Positions 8,289-18,079 of a stretch of 18,079 nucleotides of DNA are shown here, in pieces. Numbering within the stretch: the first letter of the stretch is position 1; each line of letters begins with the position of its first letter. The stretch spans positions 1-18,079 of the forward strand of contig NW_021824525.1 of assembly GCF_006345805.1 (NCBI RefSeq), read 5' to 3'. Position numbers and translations under genes: made by a program. The notes beneath the pieces are model-generated. The model was not told where the DNA came from. It saw only the letters and a list, made by a program, of their open reading frames with translations, and made no database searches. Source of the DNA: Octopus sinensis (taxonomy: Eukaryota).

Positions 8289-9108
8289 CTGATGCAAACA
8301 GACGTGTGGTCTCCTTACTCTGTCTTTTTATCGTTACTACAAACGTTTCTGTTCCTTATGATCTTGTTAACGATATAACACCACAATCCTATGACACCTG
8401 GCACACTCGTTTTCTAGTGAGGTAACTCAAGATGACATTTCACCCAGTGGAGCTCTTCTCGTATTTGTCGAGCTAATATTACTCGAAATCGTAATTCCCG
8501 TATATCACTGAAGGTAATACATAAATATCCCTCAAAATCAAAATTTTACCTCTAACTTACAGTCACAAGTACATTGTCTAAATATATTTACATTTAAGGC
8601 GTCGATCTAGCAGAAACATTAGCACGCCGGATGAAATACTTAGCAGTATTTTGTCTGTCTTTACGTTCTGAGTTCAAATTCCGCCGAGGTCGACTTTGTC
8701 TTTCATCCTTTCAGGGTCGATTAAATAAGTACCAGTTATGCACTGGGGTCAATATAATCGACTTAATCCGTTTGTCTGTCCTTGTTTGTCCTCTCTGTGT
8801 TCATCCCCTTGTGGGTAGAAAAGAAATACGTATTTCGTCTGCTGCTACGTTCTGAGTTCAAACTCCGCCGAGGTCGACTTTGCCTTTCATCCTTTCGAGG
8901 TCGATTAAATAAGTACCAGTTACGCACTGGGGTCGATATAATCGACTTAATCCGTTTGTTTGTCCTCTCTGTGTTTAGCGCCTTGTGGGTAGTAAAGAAA
9001 TAGGTAATACATAAATATCCCTGAAAATCAAAATTTTACCTCTAACTTACAGTCACAAGTCTAAATATATTTACATTTAAAGTTTCATGTGATTTAACTT
9101 TTCATATC
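8289..9108 (+). repeat. local direct duplication, copy 2 (interrupted by SINE B)
   Basis: Matches 6161-6497 once the SINE and one TSD copy are removed. Confidence 0.93.
8598..9001 (+). mobile_element. SINE family B, tandem dimer (full unit 8598-8829 plus 5'-truncated unit 8830-9001), ~86-bp TSD
   Basis: B box GAGTTCAAATTCC and central GCCTTTCATCCTTTCGAGGTCGATTAAATAAGTACCAG, which resembles the Meta-SINE domain. TSD at 8512-8597 / 9002-9080. Confidence 0.93.
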
Positions 9109-9173
9109 GTGTAAAAGACAAATAAAACAAAAAAAAGTTATTCATTTAATCCTCAGTCCTCAGCATATTACAG

Positions 9174-9723
9174 CAGGGACGTGCCGCCTAGGTAGGCAAG
9201 ATAGGCAGTGCCTACCTTGAATAAGATAGATCGATTGCAACATTTTCCTCTCATGGCAACATATGTACCTAATTCGATAAAATTATGCACCTAATTCAAT
9301 AAAATTAGTCAGATTGTGTCTGGGGAGAGTCATTTTCTTTTTGTGCCTTATAATGTAATGCACTCACCGGTGAAATTTCCACTTATTTCATATTTTTATT
9401 TTCCTAAAATTTTCAATAGCCTTTTCAATAGTCTGATTACTATGCATAAAATATAAAATGTTTTCTTTTTTTTTTTTTTGCTTTTTGTAGATTAGGTAGG
9501 CATAATTTGCCCCTGCTTTTCAATCTCAATATTCAAGCTACGCATAGTACTGCTGTAGTACACGTACTGCGTATATTTCTACAATACCGTTTTCTTTAAG
9601 GGCTATAAAATAGATCTGTCTTCAACTCAGTCGTGCGCCTGTGTTTCGCTTATTTTGTGTGTGTTTTACTAGATAAAGGTCACCAACTGCCTTCCCTGAG
9701 CAATTAATGATGGCACGCGCTTG
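9174..9723. mobile_element. hAT-superfamily MITE
   Basis: Perfect 8-bp TSD TATTACAG (9166-9173, 9724-9731), imperfect TIRs CAGGGACGTGCC / GGCACGCGCTTG and subterminal TAGGCA repeats. Confidence 0.85.
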
Positions 9724-9864
9724 TATTACAGGTATATTTCTGAATCAACATCGAATCTATTAGCTATATATTACGATATATCAACTAATGAACCTCCAAT
9801 ATATTTCTCATATTTAATATTTGTGGGTTAATGTATTAAGAATATGATACTAGCAGAATACTAG

Positions 9865-10145
9865 AGGAAGGCGCCTGATCTAGTTGTTAGAGATATTTCG
9901 GCTCACGATCGGAAGGTCGTGAGTTCGATTCTTAGCAGTGCCTTATGTCCTTGAACAAGACACTTTTATTTCGCGTTGCTCCATTTCATTCAGCTGGTAA
10001 AAATGTGTCACGCTGAATCTCTCTGAGAACTACGTTAAGGGTACGCGTTTCAGTAGAGTACTCACCCACTAGCATGTTAATTTCATGAACAGGCTGTTCT
10101 GTTGATCAGATCAACTGGAACACCGGCTGTCGTGAGTGCTAGTTA
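9865..10145 (+). mobile_element. SINE family C (tRNA head, CORE-like TGTCCTTGAACAAGACACTT)
   Basis: B box GAGTTCGATTC and TSD AATACTAG (9857-9864, 10146-10153). The 3' half is shared with 13300-13447. Confidence 0.88.
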
Positions 10146-10160
10146 AATACTAGTATTGTA

Positions 10161-10788
10161 CAAGGTGTTCAAAAAGTCTATCCGCAGTGAATTTTTTTTT
10201 TCATTCTGCGCATACGCAACTTGGCTATTACTGCGTGGGCGGCCGGGTGTCAGCCATTGTCCCTCAGTCATTATGTATCCTTCAGCGTGTCGACATGCTA
10301 ATCATTAAAGAACGTACGTTATTAGTTGAATGGGTGCTTCGAGCTGGAAACAAATACACAGATGCTGCGAAGCAGAAGTACAGGGAAGCTTTTCCAAATA
10401 CAGTTGCTCCACATTGTGACACTGTGCGAGATTTGTTAAGAAAATTTAGAAACACAGGATCAGTGGAAGACGTAGCAAGAAACGGTAGGCCTACCGTTCT
10501 TTCAGACGAAACTTTCTCTAATATTTCTGATAAACTGTTGGCAAGCCCATCAAACCCCTTACGCAAATTGTCACAGGAAACGGAAATCAGCCTAGGAAGT
10601 GCTCACACGGCAATAAAAAAGAAATTAAATTTTACGTATTCAAAATGAAGGACGACACTTTCAACATCTCTTATAAAGTTTTTTAAAGTCTGTGAAGTTT
10701 TATGTATTATTTTGTAGTCTTATACCATCTTATAAATATTTATTTTGCAATAAAATACTTACTGCGGAGAGACGTTTTCAACACCCTG
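10161..10788 (+). mobile_element. internally deleted Tc1/mariner-superfamily transposon (DUF4817-type N-terminus)
   Basis: TA TSD and 28-bp TIRs CA(A/G)GGTGTT..AAA.GTCT.TCCGCAGT (24/28). Transposase N- and C-terminal pieces lie inside. Confidence 0.92.
10295..10648 (+). pseudogene. truncated transposase ORF, 117 aa, DNA-binding region only
   Basis: KFRNTGSVEDVARNGRP and SPSNPLRKLSQETEISLGSAHTAIKKKL match Tc1/mariner bipartite HTH and linker motifs. The out-of-frame QNEGRHFQHLL* (10641-10676) is the transposase C-terminus, and the DDD/E domain is absent. Confidence 0.85.
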
Positions 10789-10825
10789 TAATAGTGATGT
10801 ATTTGTGGTGAATATTACAGAAGTA

Positions 10826-11075
10826 GTTATGGTTGAGTAGCTTCGCAGTTAGATCTACAATCATGAGATGTGATGTTCCAACTTACTATAAGGTATCCAG
10901 GGTAAGTCCGTTTTCTTTTTCCCCCCATAGCCTTGGTAAATCCACACCATGTGAATGAAATTGGATAGACAGAAACAACATGAAAACCCGTTGGATTTAA
11001 TGATCCGGTCATGAATGTCCACGTGTCTGAGGAATACTCAACCACGTACAAGCAAATTTAATAAACTTAATAGTT
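10826..11075 (+). mobile_element. old diverged SINE, A-like head with C-like 3' part
   Basis: GTGAATGAAATTGGATAGACAGAAAC..GAAAACCCGT resembles family A; ACGTGTCTGAGGAATACTCAACCAC resembles the family C tail. Confidence 0.45.
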
Positions 11076-11191
11076 TAAGTGAGCGAACCCCAGAATACTC
11101 ATGGACGGAAATTCTATTTATGGTTCTTTTTATTGATCATTGTTATATTAAAGGTTTATAAAAAATATATCAGCAACAGCAGCAGCAGCAG

Positions 11192-11392
11192 TATCGTCGT
11201 CATCGTTTTCGTTTTAACGTCCGCCTTACCTTGTTTGTATGGGTCAGGCCGAATCGTTGAAGCAGATTTTCTATGACCGGATACCCTTCCTGTCGCCAAC
11301 TCCCACTTTTGTTTCCATGCAAAATAATATACTTCCCCCATGGTCAGACATGCTTTCATAGAAGATTGGAAAGGACGCCGTTTGTCTGATGA
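11192..11392 (-). mobile_element. SINE family D fragment with (GAT/GAC)n tail
   Basis: Reverse complement contains GTTGGCGACAGGAAGGGTATCCGGTCATAGAAAATC and ends GCGGACGTTAAAACG...GATGACGACGAT, a familiar SINE 3' module. Confidence 0.55.
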
Positions 11393-11461
11393 TGTGTATG
11401 CGTATGTACGTGAGTATGTGTGTGTGTGTGTGTGTGTGTTTGTATATGCTTACGCTCTTCC

Positions 11462-11657
11462 TCCACCATCATCGCCTGCCAACCAGTGGCGGATTGTTTA
11501 CGATCCCAATAGTTGGCGATTCGGCAAAATACTCCGTCAGAATAAGTAGCATTTTAAGATAATAATAATAATAATAATAATAATGAGTAATGAGGTCGAT
11601 TCGACTAAATCCTTCAGGGCTATATCCTAGATTGGCCGAAATCGAATGACTGAAACC
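11462..11657 (+). mobile_element. old 3' half of SINE family A with an internal (AAT)n expansion
   Basis: TTCGGCAAAA..GAATAAGTA..GGTCGATTCGACTAAA..AATGACTGAAAC match the family A tail. Confidence 0.7.
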
Positions 11658-11669
11658 ATTATTTATTCA

Positions 11670-11974
11670 CACCCACCCACCCACACCACACACACATTTG
11701 CACACGCACACACACGCGCACATGTATATATATATATATGTATATATATATGTATGTATATAAATATATATGTATAAGTATAGATGTATGTACATATACA
11801 TATGTATGTATATAATAATATATATATATATATATATATTTGATATATATATATATATGTGTGTGTGTATATATATATATAGATAGATACATACATACAT
11901 ACATACGTATATGTACAACTTACATCTATACATATACATATACATATATATATATATATTAATATATACATATG
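11670..11974. repeat. compound (CA)/(TA)/(TACA) microsatellite
   Basis: Directly visible. Confidence 0.9.
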
Positions 11975-12404
11975 TGGGCACAGGACGTCATGATATGTGT
12001 ACAACAAAACAAACAACATACATAACGTTCATTCATCAGTTGTTTGTTGCACAAAGGGGACAGTGAAAACAAGCAGGAAGGGCTGCTAAGCCTAAATGAG
12101 GTTGTTGGCGAACGCGTAAATCAAACTAGAACAGGAGACAAACAAGAACACATCTTCCTTGTTCCAGTTACAACGGAGAGAAAGAAAGATGGCCAATGAT
12201 CACATGGGAGCCACATGAGCAAGGGAAGAGGAGTGAGGGAGAGAGAGTGACAGAGTAATAGGATAGAATAGTGGGAGAAGAAGTGATAAAAGAATAAGGG
12301 AGAGAAAAAGGGAGAAAAATGAAAGAGCAAAAGGATCGTATAGAGTGCGCATCAGAATTATTAAGATAAAAGTTACTAGGAAGAGGATGCGTGGCGTTCA
12401 ATCT

Positions 12405-12439
12405 ACATATGTATACATACATACATACATATTATGTAT

Positions 12440-12512
<73 letters not shown>

Positions 12513-12551
12513 CATAAATATATATACACATATATATATGAATATACATGA

Positions 12552-12626
<75 letters not shown>

Positions 12627-12636
12627 ATGCATGTAT
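12405..12636. repeat. compound (TACA)/(CA)/(TA)/(TG) microsatellite
   Basis: Directly visible. Confidence 0.9.
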
Positions 12637-12716
12637 GGATTGATGTCATAAAATTTGGGAGAACGTAAAATCATTCACTTTGGAACAGTGGGTCTCCAAT
12701 CTCATAAATCTACAAT

Positions 12717-12940
12717 TGGTTCCGGGTTCAGTCCCACTGCGTGTCACAATGAGCAAGTGTCTTCTACTATAGCCTCGGGCCGTCCCCGTAATTAGCGGTT
12801 CGGTAAAATAGACCGATAGAATAAGTACTAGGCTTACAAAGAATAAGTCCTGGGGTCGATTTGCTCGACTAAATGCGGTGCTCCAGCATGGCCGCAGTCA
12901 AATGACTGACACAATTAAAAGAGTAAAACAACAAAAGAGT
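12717..12940 (+). mobile_element. SINE family A, 5'-truncated, large internal deletion at ~12782
   Basis: GCCTCGGGCCG is joined directly to TCCCCGTAA. Confidence 0.9.
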
Positions 12941-12952
12941 ATATATATGTAT

Positions 12953-13288
12953 AACCACATGGTTCCGGGATCAGTCACACTGCGCGGCACCTTGGGCAGG
13001 AGTCTTCTACTATAGCTTCGGGCCAACCAAAGCCTTGTGAGTGGATTTGGTGAACGGAAACTGAAAGAAAACCCTCGTATATATGCATATACTTGTCTGT
13101 ATGTGTCTCTGTTTCTCCCTGTGCCTTGCTTGACAACCGATGCTGGTGTGTTTATGTCCCCGTAACTGAGCGGTTCGGCAAAAAAAGACCGGTAGAATAA
13201 GTACTAGGCTTACAAAGAATAAGTTCTGGGGTTGATTTCTTCGACTAAAACCGTTTATAACTGAGCTCCAGCATGGCTGCAGTCAATG
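12953..13288 (+). mobile_element. SINE family A, 5'-truncated
   Basis: Aligns to 6620-6957. Confidence 0.92.
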
Positions 13289-13299
13289 TATATTCTTAT

Positions 13300-13630
13300 C
13301 GTGGCACCCCGTTGGTCACGACGAGGAGGGTTCCAGCTGTTCCGATCAACGGAATATTGTGCTTGAGAAATTAATGTGCAAGTGGCTGATTATTTCACAG
13401 AAACGTATACCCTTAACGTAGTTCTCGGGGAGATTCAGTGTGGCACAGACAGAAACAGTGAGAGAAATTTGTGGTGAAAGAGTACAGCAGAGTTCGCCAC
13501 TGCCGGAGCCTCGTAGAGTTTTAGATGTTTTCGCCCAATAAACACTCACAATGCTCGGTCTGGGAATCGAAATCGCGATCCTACCACCACGAGTCTGCTG
13601 CCCTAACTACTGGGTCATTGCGCCTCTACC
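13300..13630 (-). mobile_element. SINE with family C tail but different head/body (C2)
   Basis: Perfect 10-bp TSD ATATTCTTAT (13290-13299, 13631-13640) and a tRNA-like head GAGGCGCAATGACCCAGTAGTTAGGGCAGCAGACTCG...TTCGATTCCC. Confidence 0.88.
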
Positions 13631-13969
13631 ATATTCTTATAGTCAGAAATGAAATGTAATCAGACATACGAAAAAGCAGACAAAAAGTCGCACAGAAAGA
13701 ATAAAGACGCAAATACAAGTACAAGACGTTTTGCGTAGTCACAAACTCGCTAACTAATAAATTCGTTTCAAATATCTACTATTTCAATGAAAGTACATAA
13801 TACACGACCTAAATCTGAGAACCTGGATACTCGACAAAGACAGGTTGTTTTTTTCTTTTTGTCACAGCTAAAAATGAATTACGTCTGTTGATTACCTACT
13901 TACTATAATCAATCATCTTGGAGTCGCTTTATATATGTGTGTGTGAACGCTCGAATGTATATATATGAG

Positions 13970-14125
13970 GGATGTGTGGTAAGTAGCTTGCTTACCAACC
14001 ACATTGTTCCGGGTTTAGTTCCACAGCGTGGCACCATGGGCAAGTGTCTTCTACTATAGCCTCAGGCCGACCAAAACATTGTGAGTGGATTTGGCAGACG
14101 GAAACTGAAAGGAGCCCGTCGTATA
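13970..14125 (+). mobile_element. SINE family A 5' half, running into microsatellite (to ~14293)
   Basis: Aligns to 6596-6750. Confidence 0.9.
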
Positions 14126-14138
14126 TATGTATGCATGT

Positions 14139-14192
<54 letters not shown>

Positions 14193-14500
14193 CATCTGTG
14201 TGTGTGTACATGTACATGCGTATGTGTGTATGTATGCATATGTATCTATGTATATATATGTATACATGTATGTATGTAAATATATATATACATATATATA
14301 TGTATGTATGTATAATTTCTTTTATGCAAAAGTATCGTAAGTCCAGAATGTTGCTTTTTTTCAGAAAACGAAGGAAATAGTTTCACCATACCATAGCAAA
14401 ACGTTGTACTACACTTTGACAATTTTTGATATCGCGGCATCTGATGCAGACAGAGATACGATAGTTTGGCCAAAAGAACCATGCGCGCTTACGCAAATAC

Positions 14501-14932
14501 TTTTTTACTTTTATTTTAAAACTGTTTCACTCATTAGACTACGGCCATGCTGAAGCAAGGCCTTGAAGAAATTTTAGTCGAATGATTCGACCTCAGTACT
14601 ATATTTTGTTAAGCCGGCTACTACTCATCCGCTCTCTTTTGCCGAACCGCTACGTTACGGAGACGTAAACACACCAACACTAGTTGTCAAAGTGGTTTGG
14701 GAACAGATGCAGACGCAAAGACAGGCCAGCACACACACCACACACACACACACACACACGTACACATGAAAGGGCTTCTTTCAGTTTCTGTTTACCAAAT
14801 CCACTCACGAGGCTTTGCTCAACCCGAGGATATAGTAGAAGACATTTGCCCAAGGTGCTGTATAATAGGAATGAATCTGGAACCTCGTGGTTAGGAATCA
14901 AACTCCTTACCACAGAGCCATGCCTTGCACCT
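14501..14932 (-). mobile_element. SINE family A, older full-length copy
   Basis: Reverse-complement match to both the head and the tail of family A. Confidence 0.88.
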
Positions 14933-15240
14933 ACACACGCACACACACACACACACCACACACACGCACACACACACATACACACACACACACATACACA
15001 TGTAAATATATACATATATTTGTGTGCAGAGATATGTGTGGGTGCATGGATAGATTTAAATATAGATATGTATCTATGTCTATGTATGTGTGTAGAGACA
15101 TTCAAACAAGTTCAACAACATGACATCTCCAAACAATACCCTGTTTTCACTGAAAACACAAACAATAACAACACCATCATCATCATCATCAACAAACAAG
15201 AAAACAATAGCAGCAACAACAACAACAACAACAGTAGCAA
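14933..15240. repeat. (CA)n, (TA)/(TG) and (CAT)n/(CAA)n simple repeats
   Basis: Directly visible. Confidence 0.85.
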
Positions 15241-15828
15241 AACCCAAGAATCTTACCAGCTTTATGTAAAAATATATCTTACGTGAAAAAAAAGTTTTCT
15301 GTTTCTTTTTTCGTGGTCTTTTCATTATTGTATCTATTTTTTTAATGTTTTTTTAATGCTTTTTTTTTTCAATGTTTCTATTTCTTTCATGTTATATTAT
15401 TCCTTCTAAAGAAATAACCATTAAGAAATAGTGTAAGAGACAGAACAGGGAGGAGGGGGGGGGAGAAAAAGAAAAAGAACAACAACAGCAGAGCAACAGC
15501 AACGAGAACAAGGACGACGAAGAGAAAAATCGTGACATTCTGTGGTATTGTTTTGCGAGAGAATAGAATAGATAGGGGGGAGTGGTCGAAGGGAAAGTAG
15601 AAAATTAGGTAGGATTAAGAGGTGGTATTTTCTCCCCTTATGTGTGTGTGTGTGGTTTGTGGTGGTGATTGTGGTGGTTCAATATAATGTTTTATTGGTT
15701 TGTTTCATTGGTGTAGAAATACAATAGAAATCAAACTATGGAGCCAAAAATGGGTTCACGTGATTCCATACACACATTTATGTTAAAGCGTAATAAAAAC
15801 GAAGTCATAAGAATTATAAATGGTTAAT

Positions 15829-16495
15829 CTTTCATCTTTTATTACCTAATTCTTTCGGGTACGGGACTATCACCATGCTGGGGAACCGAGATCTTTTCGG
15901 TTTGACCGGCAGTTTTTTCTAGCGGTGTCATATGAAATTGTCACCCATAATTATGACCCTAGTATCGATCTATTGCATTTCAATCTATTTTACGGATAGG
16001 GTTGTTAGGCTTAGTTAGGGTTAGGGTTAGGGGTAGGGGGAAGGGTATCTTTTTTTCTTCACAAATGTAAATATACCCAATCTGTTTCTTAAACGGCACA
16101 GAATGTTGCTTACCTTAATGGACGTCAGTGATTGGTTGAAGTTGCAGAAACGGAAGAAAAAAAAAACAACAAATATCTTACAAACTACAGAATTTTCTCA
16201 ATAAAGTCAAGAGAAAAAGATGTTTTATAAACACATTCCACCAGTATACGAAGTTTAAAATTTTTTAGTTACCTAGAAATTATGTTAAAAACTGACGCTC
16301 AAACCGAAAAGATGCGGGAACCGCGTTGAAGAGTTTTAGTCAAACAAATTGACCGCAATACTTATGGGTTTTTTTTTTTTTTTTGCAAGTTTCATTTGCC
16401 GAACCCCTAGGCTAAGGGAGCGTAAACAAACCAACATTGGCAATCGACAGGTGGTAGGGATAGGAAAACACAAGCACAAAGACGCACAGACACTT
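15829..16495 (-). mobile_element. old family A SINE 3' half split by a MITE insertion
   Basis: CCATGCTGGGGAACCG | CGTTGAAGAGTTTTAGTC...TTTGCCGAAC...CGTAAACAAACCAACA rejoin into the family A tail. Confidence 0.7.
15889..16315. mobile_element. non-autonomous DNA transposon (MITE), 29-bp TIRs, 8-bp TSD, internal TTAGGG repeats
   Basis: TIR core ATCTTTTCGGTTTGA.CG.CAGTTTTT (25/29) and TSD GGGAACCG (15881-15888, 16316-16323). Confidence 0.9.
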
Positions 16496-16569
16496 AGATG
16501 TATGCATAAACAGACGAACGCGCATACATGGAGGCGAGCACCGATGTTGCATGTGACAGGCTCGATAAT

Positions 16570-16800
16570 TGTTAAGGGATTTCTCTCTTAACATGAAACT
16601 AATGGTAGCCTTAACCCATAAGTAAATTTTATCCACCAAATAAACACTCATTTTCATTGCTTTTCTTGAATTTTTTCCTTCTCTGAACCTTTCCTTTCTT
16701 CTATTTCTGGCGAAGACCTCGGCTCGAAGCGTAAAAAACTCTTTTTTCCACCTTTACTTAACGTCAAGCAAATACAATCCATGTTTTTAATGCTCGATCT
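16570..16800 (+). mobile_element. old PLE-like repeat with decayed hammerhead-like motif (16704-16737)
   Basis: UUU-CUGGCGA-A-GACC(UCG)GCUC-GAAGC-GUA-AAAA; the downstream sequence resembles 17149-17190. Confidence 0.5.
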
Positions 16801-16837
16801 AACTACATATATATACCTATATCTATAATATACAGAA

Positions 16838-17049
16838 GGCAACGAGCTAGCAGAAACGTTAGTACACCGGGTGAAGTGTTTGGCGGTATTTCGTCACTCT
16901 TTACTTCTGAGTTCAAATTCCATGAAGGTCGACTTTGCCTTTCGTCCTTTCCGGGTGGATAAATTAAGTACCAGTTGCGTATGGGACAGATCTAATCGAC
17001 TGGCCAACCTCCCCCAAAATTTCGGGCCTTGTGCTTAGAGTAGAAGAGA
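16838..17049 (+). mobile_element. SINE family B, alternative 3' tail
   Basis: Head and central domain match 8598-8765; the tail CTCCCCCAAAATTTCGGGCCTTGTGC differs. Confidence 0.9.
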
Positions 17050-17237
17050 ATGATAGATCGTTAGCCACTACACACATTTTTTTCTCTCCTTGTCTCTCTC
17101 CGTGTTTTTTTCTGTGTCCCTTTTTGTAGAAGAGCGAAACGTAAAAGACTTTTTCAATTCCTGAGCGTTGTATAATACATCTGTTTGTTTTGTACACCAC
17201 CTGTCTTCGTCTTTTGTTTTTTTCGTAAACTCTCCCT
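17050..17237 (+). mobile_element. ~190-bp dispersed repeat (second copy), hammerhead stem II deleted
   Basis: Homologous to 5204-5398. TTGTAGAAGAGCG|AAACGTAAAAGAC lacks TAGGCTCG. Confidence 0.8.
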
Positions 17238-17349
17238 AATATATATATATATTATATATATATATATTATATATATATTATATATATATATTATATTTAT
17301 ATGTATGTATGTACGAATGCATATATGTATTTATGTATATATATATATG

Positions 17350-17384
<35 letters not shown>

Positions 17385-17394
17385 TCTTTTTTTT

Positions 17395-17726
17395 CTTCTT
17401 TTTACTTGTTTCAGTCATTTGACTGCGGCCATGCTGGAGTACCACCTTTAGTCGAGCAAATCGACACCAGGACTTATTCTTTGTAAGCCTAGTACTTATT
17501 CTATCGGTCTTTGGGCCGAACCGCTAAGTTTCGGGGACGTAATCACACCACTATCGGTTGTCAAGCGATGTTGGGGTACAAACACAGACAAACGTCTACC
17601 AAATCCACCCACAAGGCTTTGGTCGGCCCGAGGTTATAGTAGAGTACTCTTGCCCAAGGTGCCAAGCAGTGGGACTGAGCCCAGAACCATGTGGTTGGTA
17701 AGCAAGCTACTTATCACGCAGCCACT
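17395..17726 (-). mobile_element. SINE family A, internal microsatellite deleted
   Basis: Reverse-complement match; ACACAGACAAAC is joined to GTCTACCAAATCC. Confidence 0.92.
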
Positions 17727-17780
17727 ACGCAGTGTTCATTCCAAGTTCACTAACAACGTAATAGTCGGTAGAAGGTTACA

Positions 17781-17878
17781 ATAGAAGGCACTTACCCAAG
17801 GTGCCGCATATTGAGACAAAACCTGAAACAGCGTTGCTGCAAAGCGAGCTTCTGAACCACGTAGCTATGTCTGCGCCT
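17781..17878 (-). mobile_element. old SINE family A head fragment
   Basis: CACTTACCCAAGGTGCCGCA...AACCACGTAGCTATGTCTGCGCCT. Confidence 0.7.
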
Positions 17879-18079
17879 GTTATGTAAGATAAATAAAATG
17901 AAATGAAACAAAAATGCAAGAGCATAAAACAAACATAATAAGTTAATAAAGGTGAAGTAATAATAAACAAAAGATAGACTATTATGAATTAATCAAGTAC
18001 ATCGAATAAACTTGACCCCAAGAGTCGAATGTCTGAGGGAATAAAAACAACAACAAAAGCAACAGCAAAATTAAATGAC

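Noticed and set aside
8598-9001. Repeat-spacer-like periodicity (CRISPR-like)
   Set aside because: It is a SINE dimer in eukaryotic DNA, with no short repeats separated by unique spacers.
9870-9935. tRNA-like sequences at SINE heads (also 6596, 8598, 13565-13628)
   Set aside because: They lack a full cloverleaf and continue into SINE bodies; they are not tRNA genes.
10282-10566. 94-aa minus-strand ORF
   Set aside because: It is the antisense shadow of the transposase fragment.
12020-12045. Minus-strand CUGAUGA followed by GAACGUU
   Set aside because: No stem II and GAAA is incomplete; at best an unrecognisable remnant.

Overview
AT-rich, microsatellite-saturated eukaryotic non-coding DNA. 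The SINE families look like those of octopus/coleoid cephalopods (my recognition, not a database match). I find no intact host protein-coding gene, and nearly all listed ORFs are translations of (TA)n/(CA)n/(TACA)n tracts or SINEs. The window is a mosaic of mobile DNA. It holds about 15 tRNA-derived SINE copies or fragments from at least 4 families and a palindromic mariner made of two transposase 3' ends (1591-2143). There is an internally deleted Tc1/mariner that keeps an open DNA-binding ORF (10161-10788), a hAT-type MITE with a perfect 8-bp TSD (9174-9723) and an 8-bp-TSD MITE carrying TTAGGG repeats (15889-16315). It also has a decayed LINE 3' end with three C2H2 fingers (3901-4237) and a local duplication that preserves the empty site of a SINE with an ~86-bp TSD. 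The most notable signal is a set of Penelope-like inverted-repeat elements carrying type I hammerhead-ribozyme motifs: a canonical core at 4598-4672 and a recurrent non-canonical A6-variant core at 5294-5331, 16704-16737 and 17120-17148.
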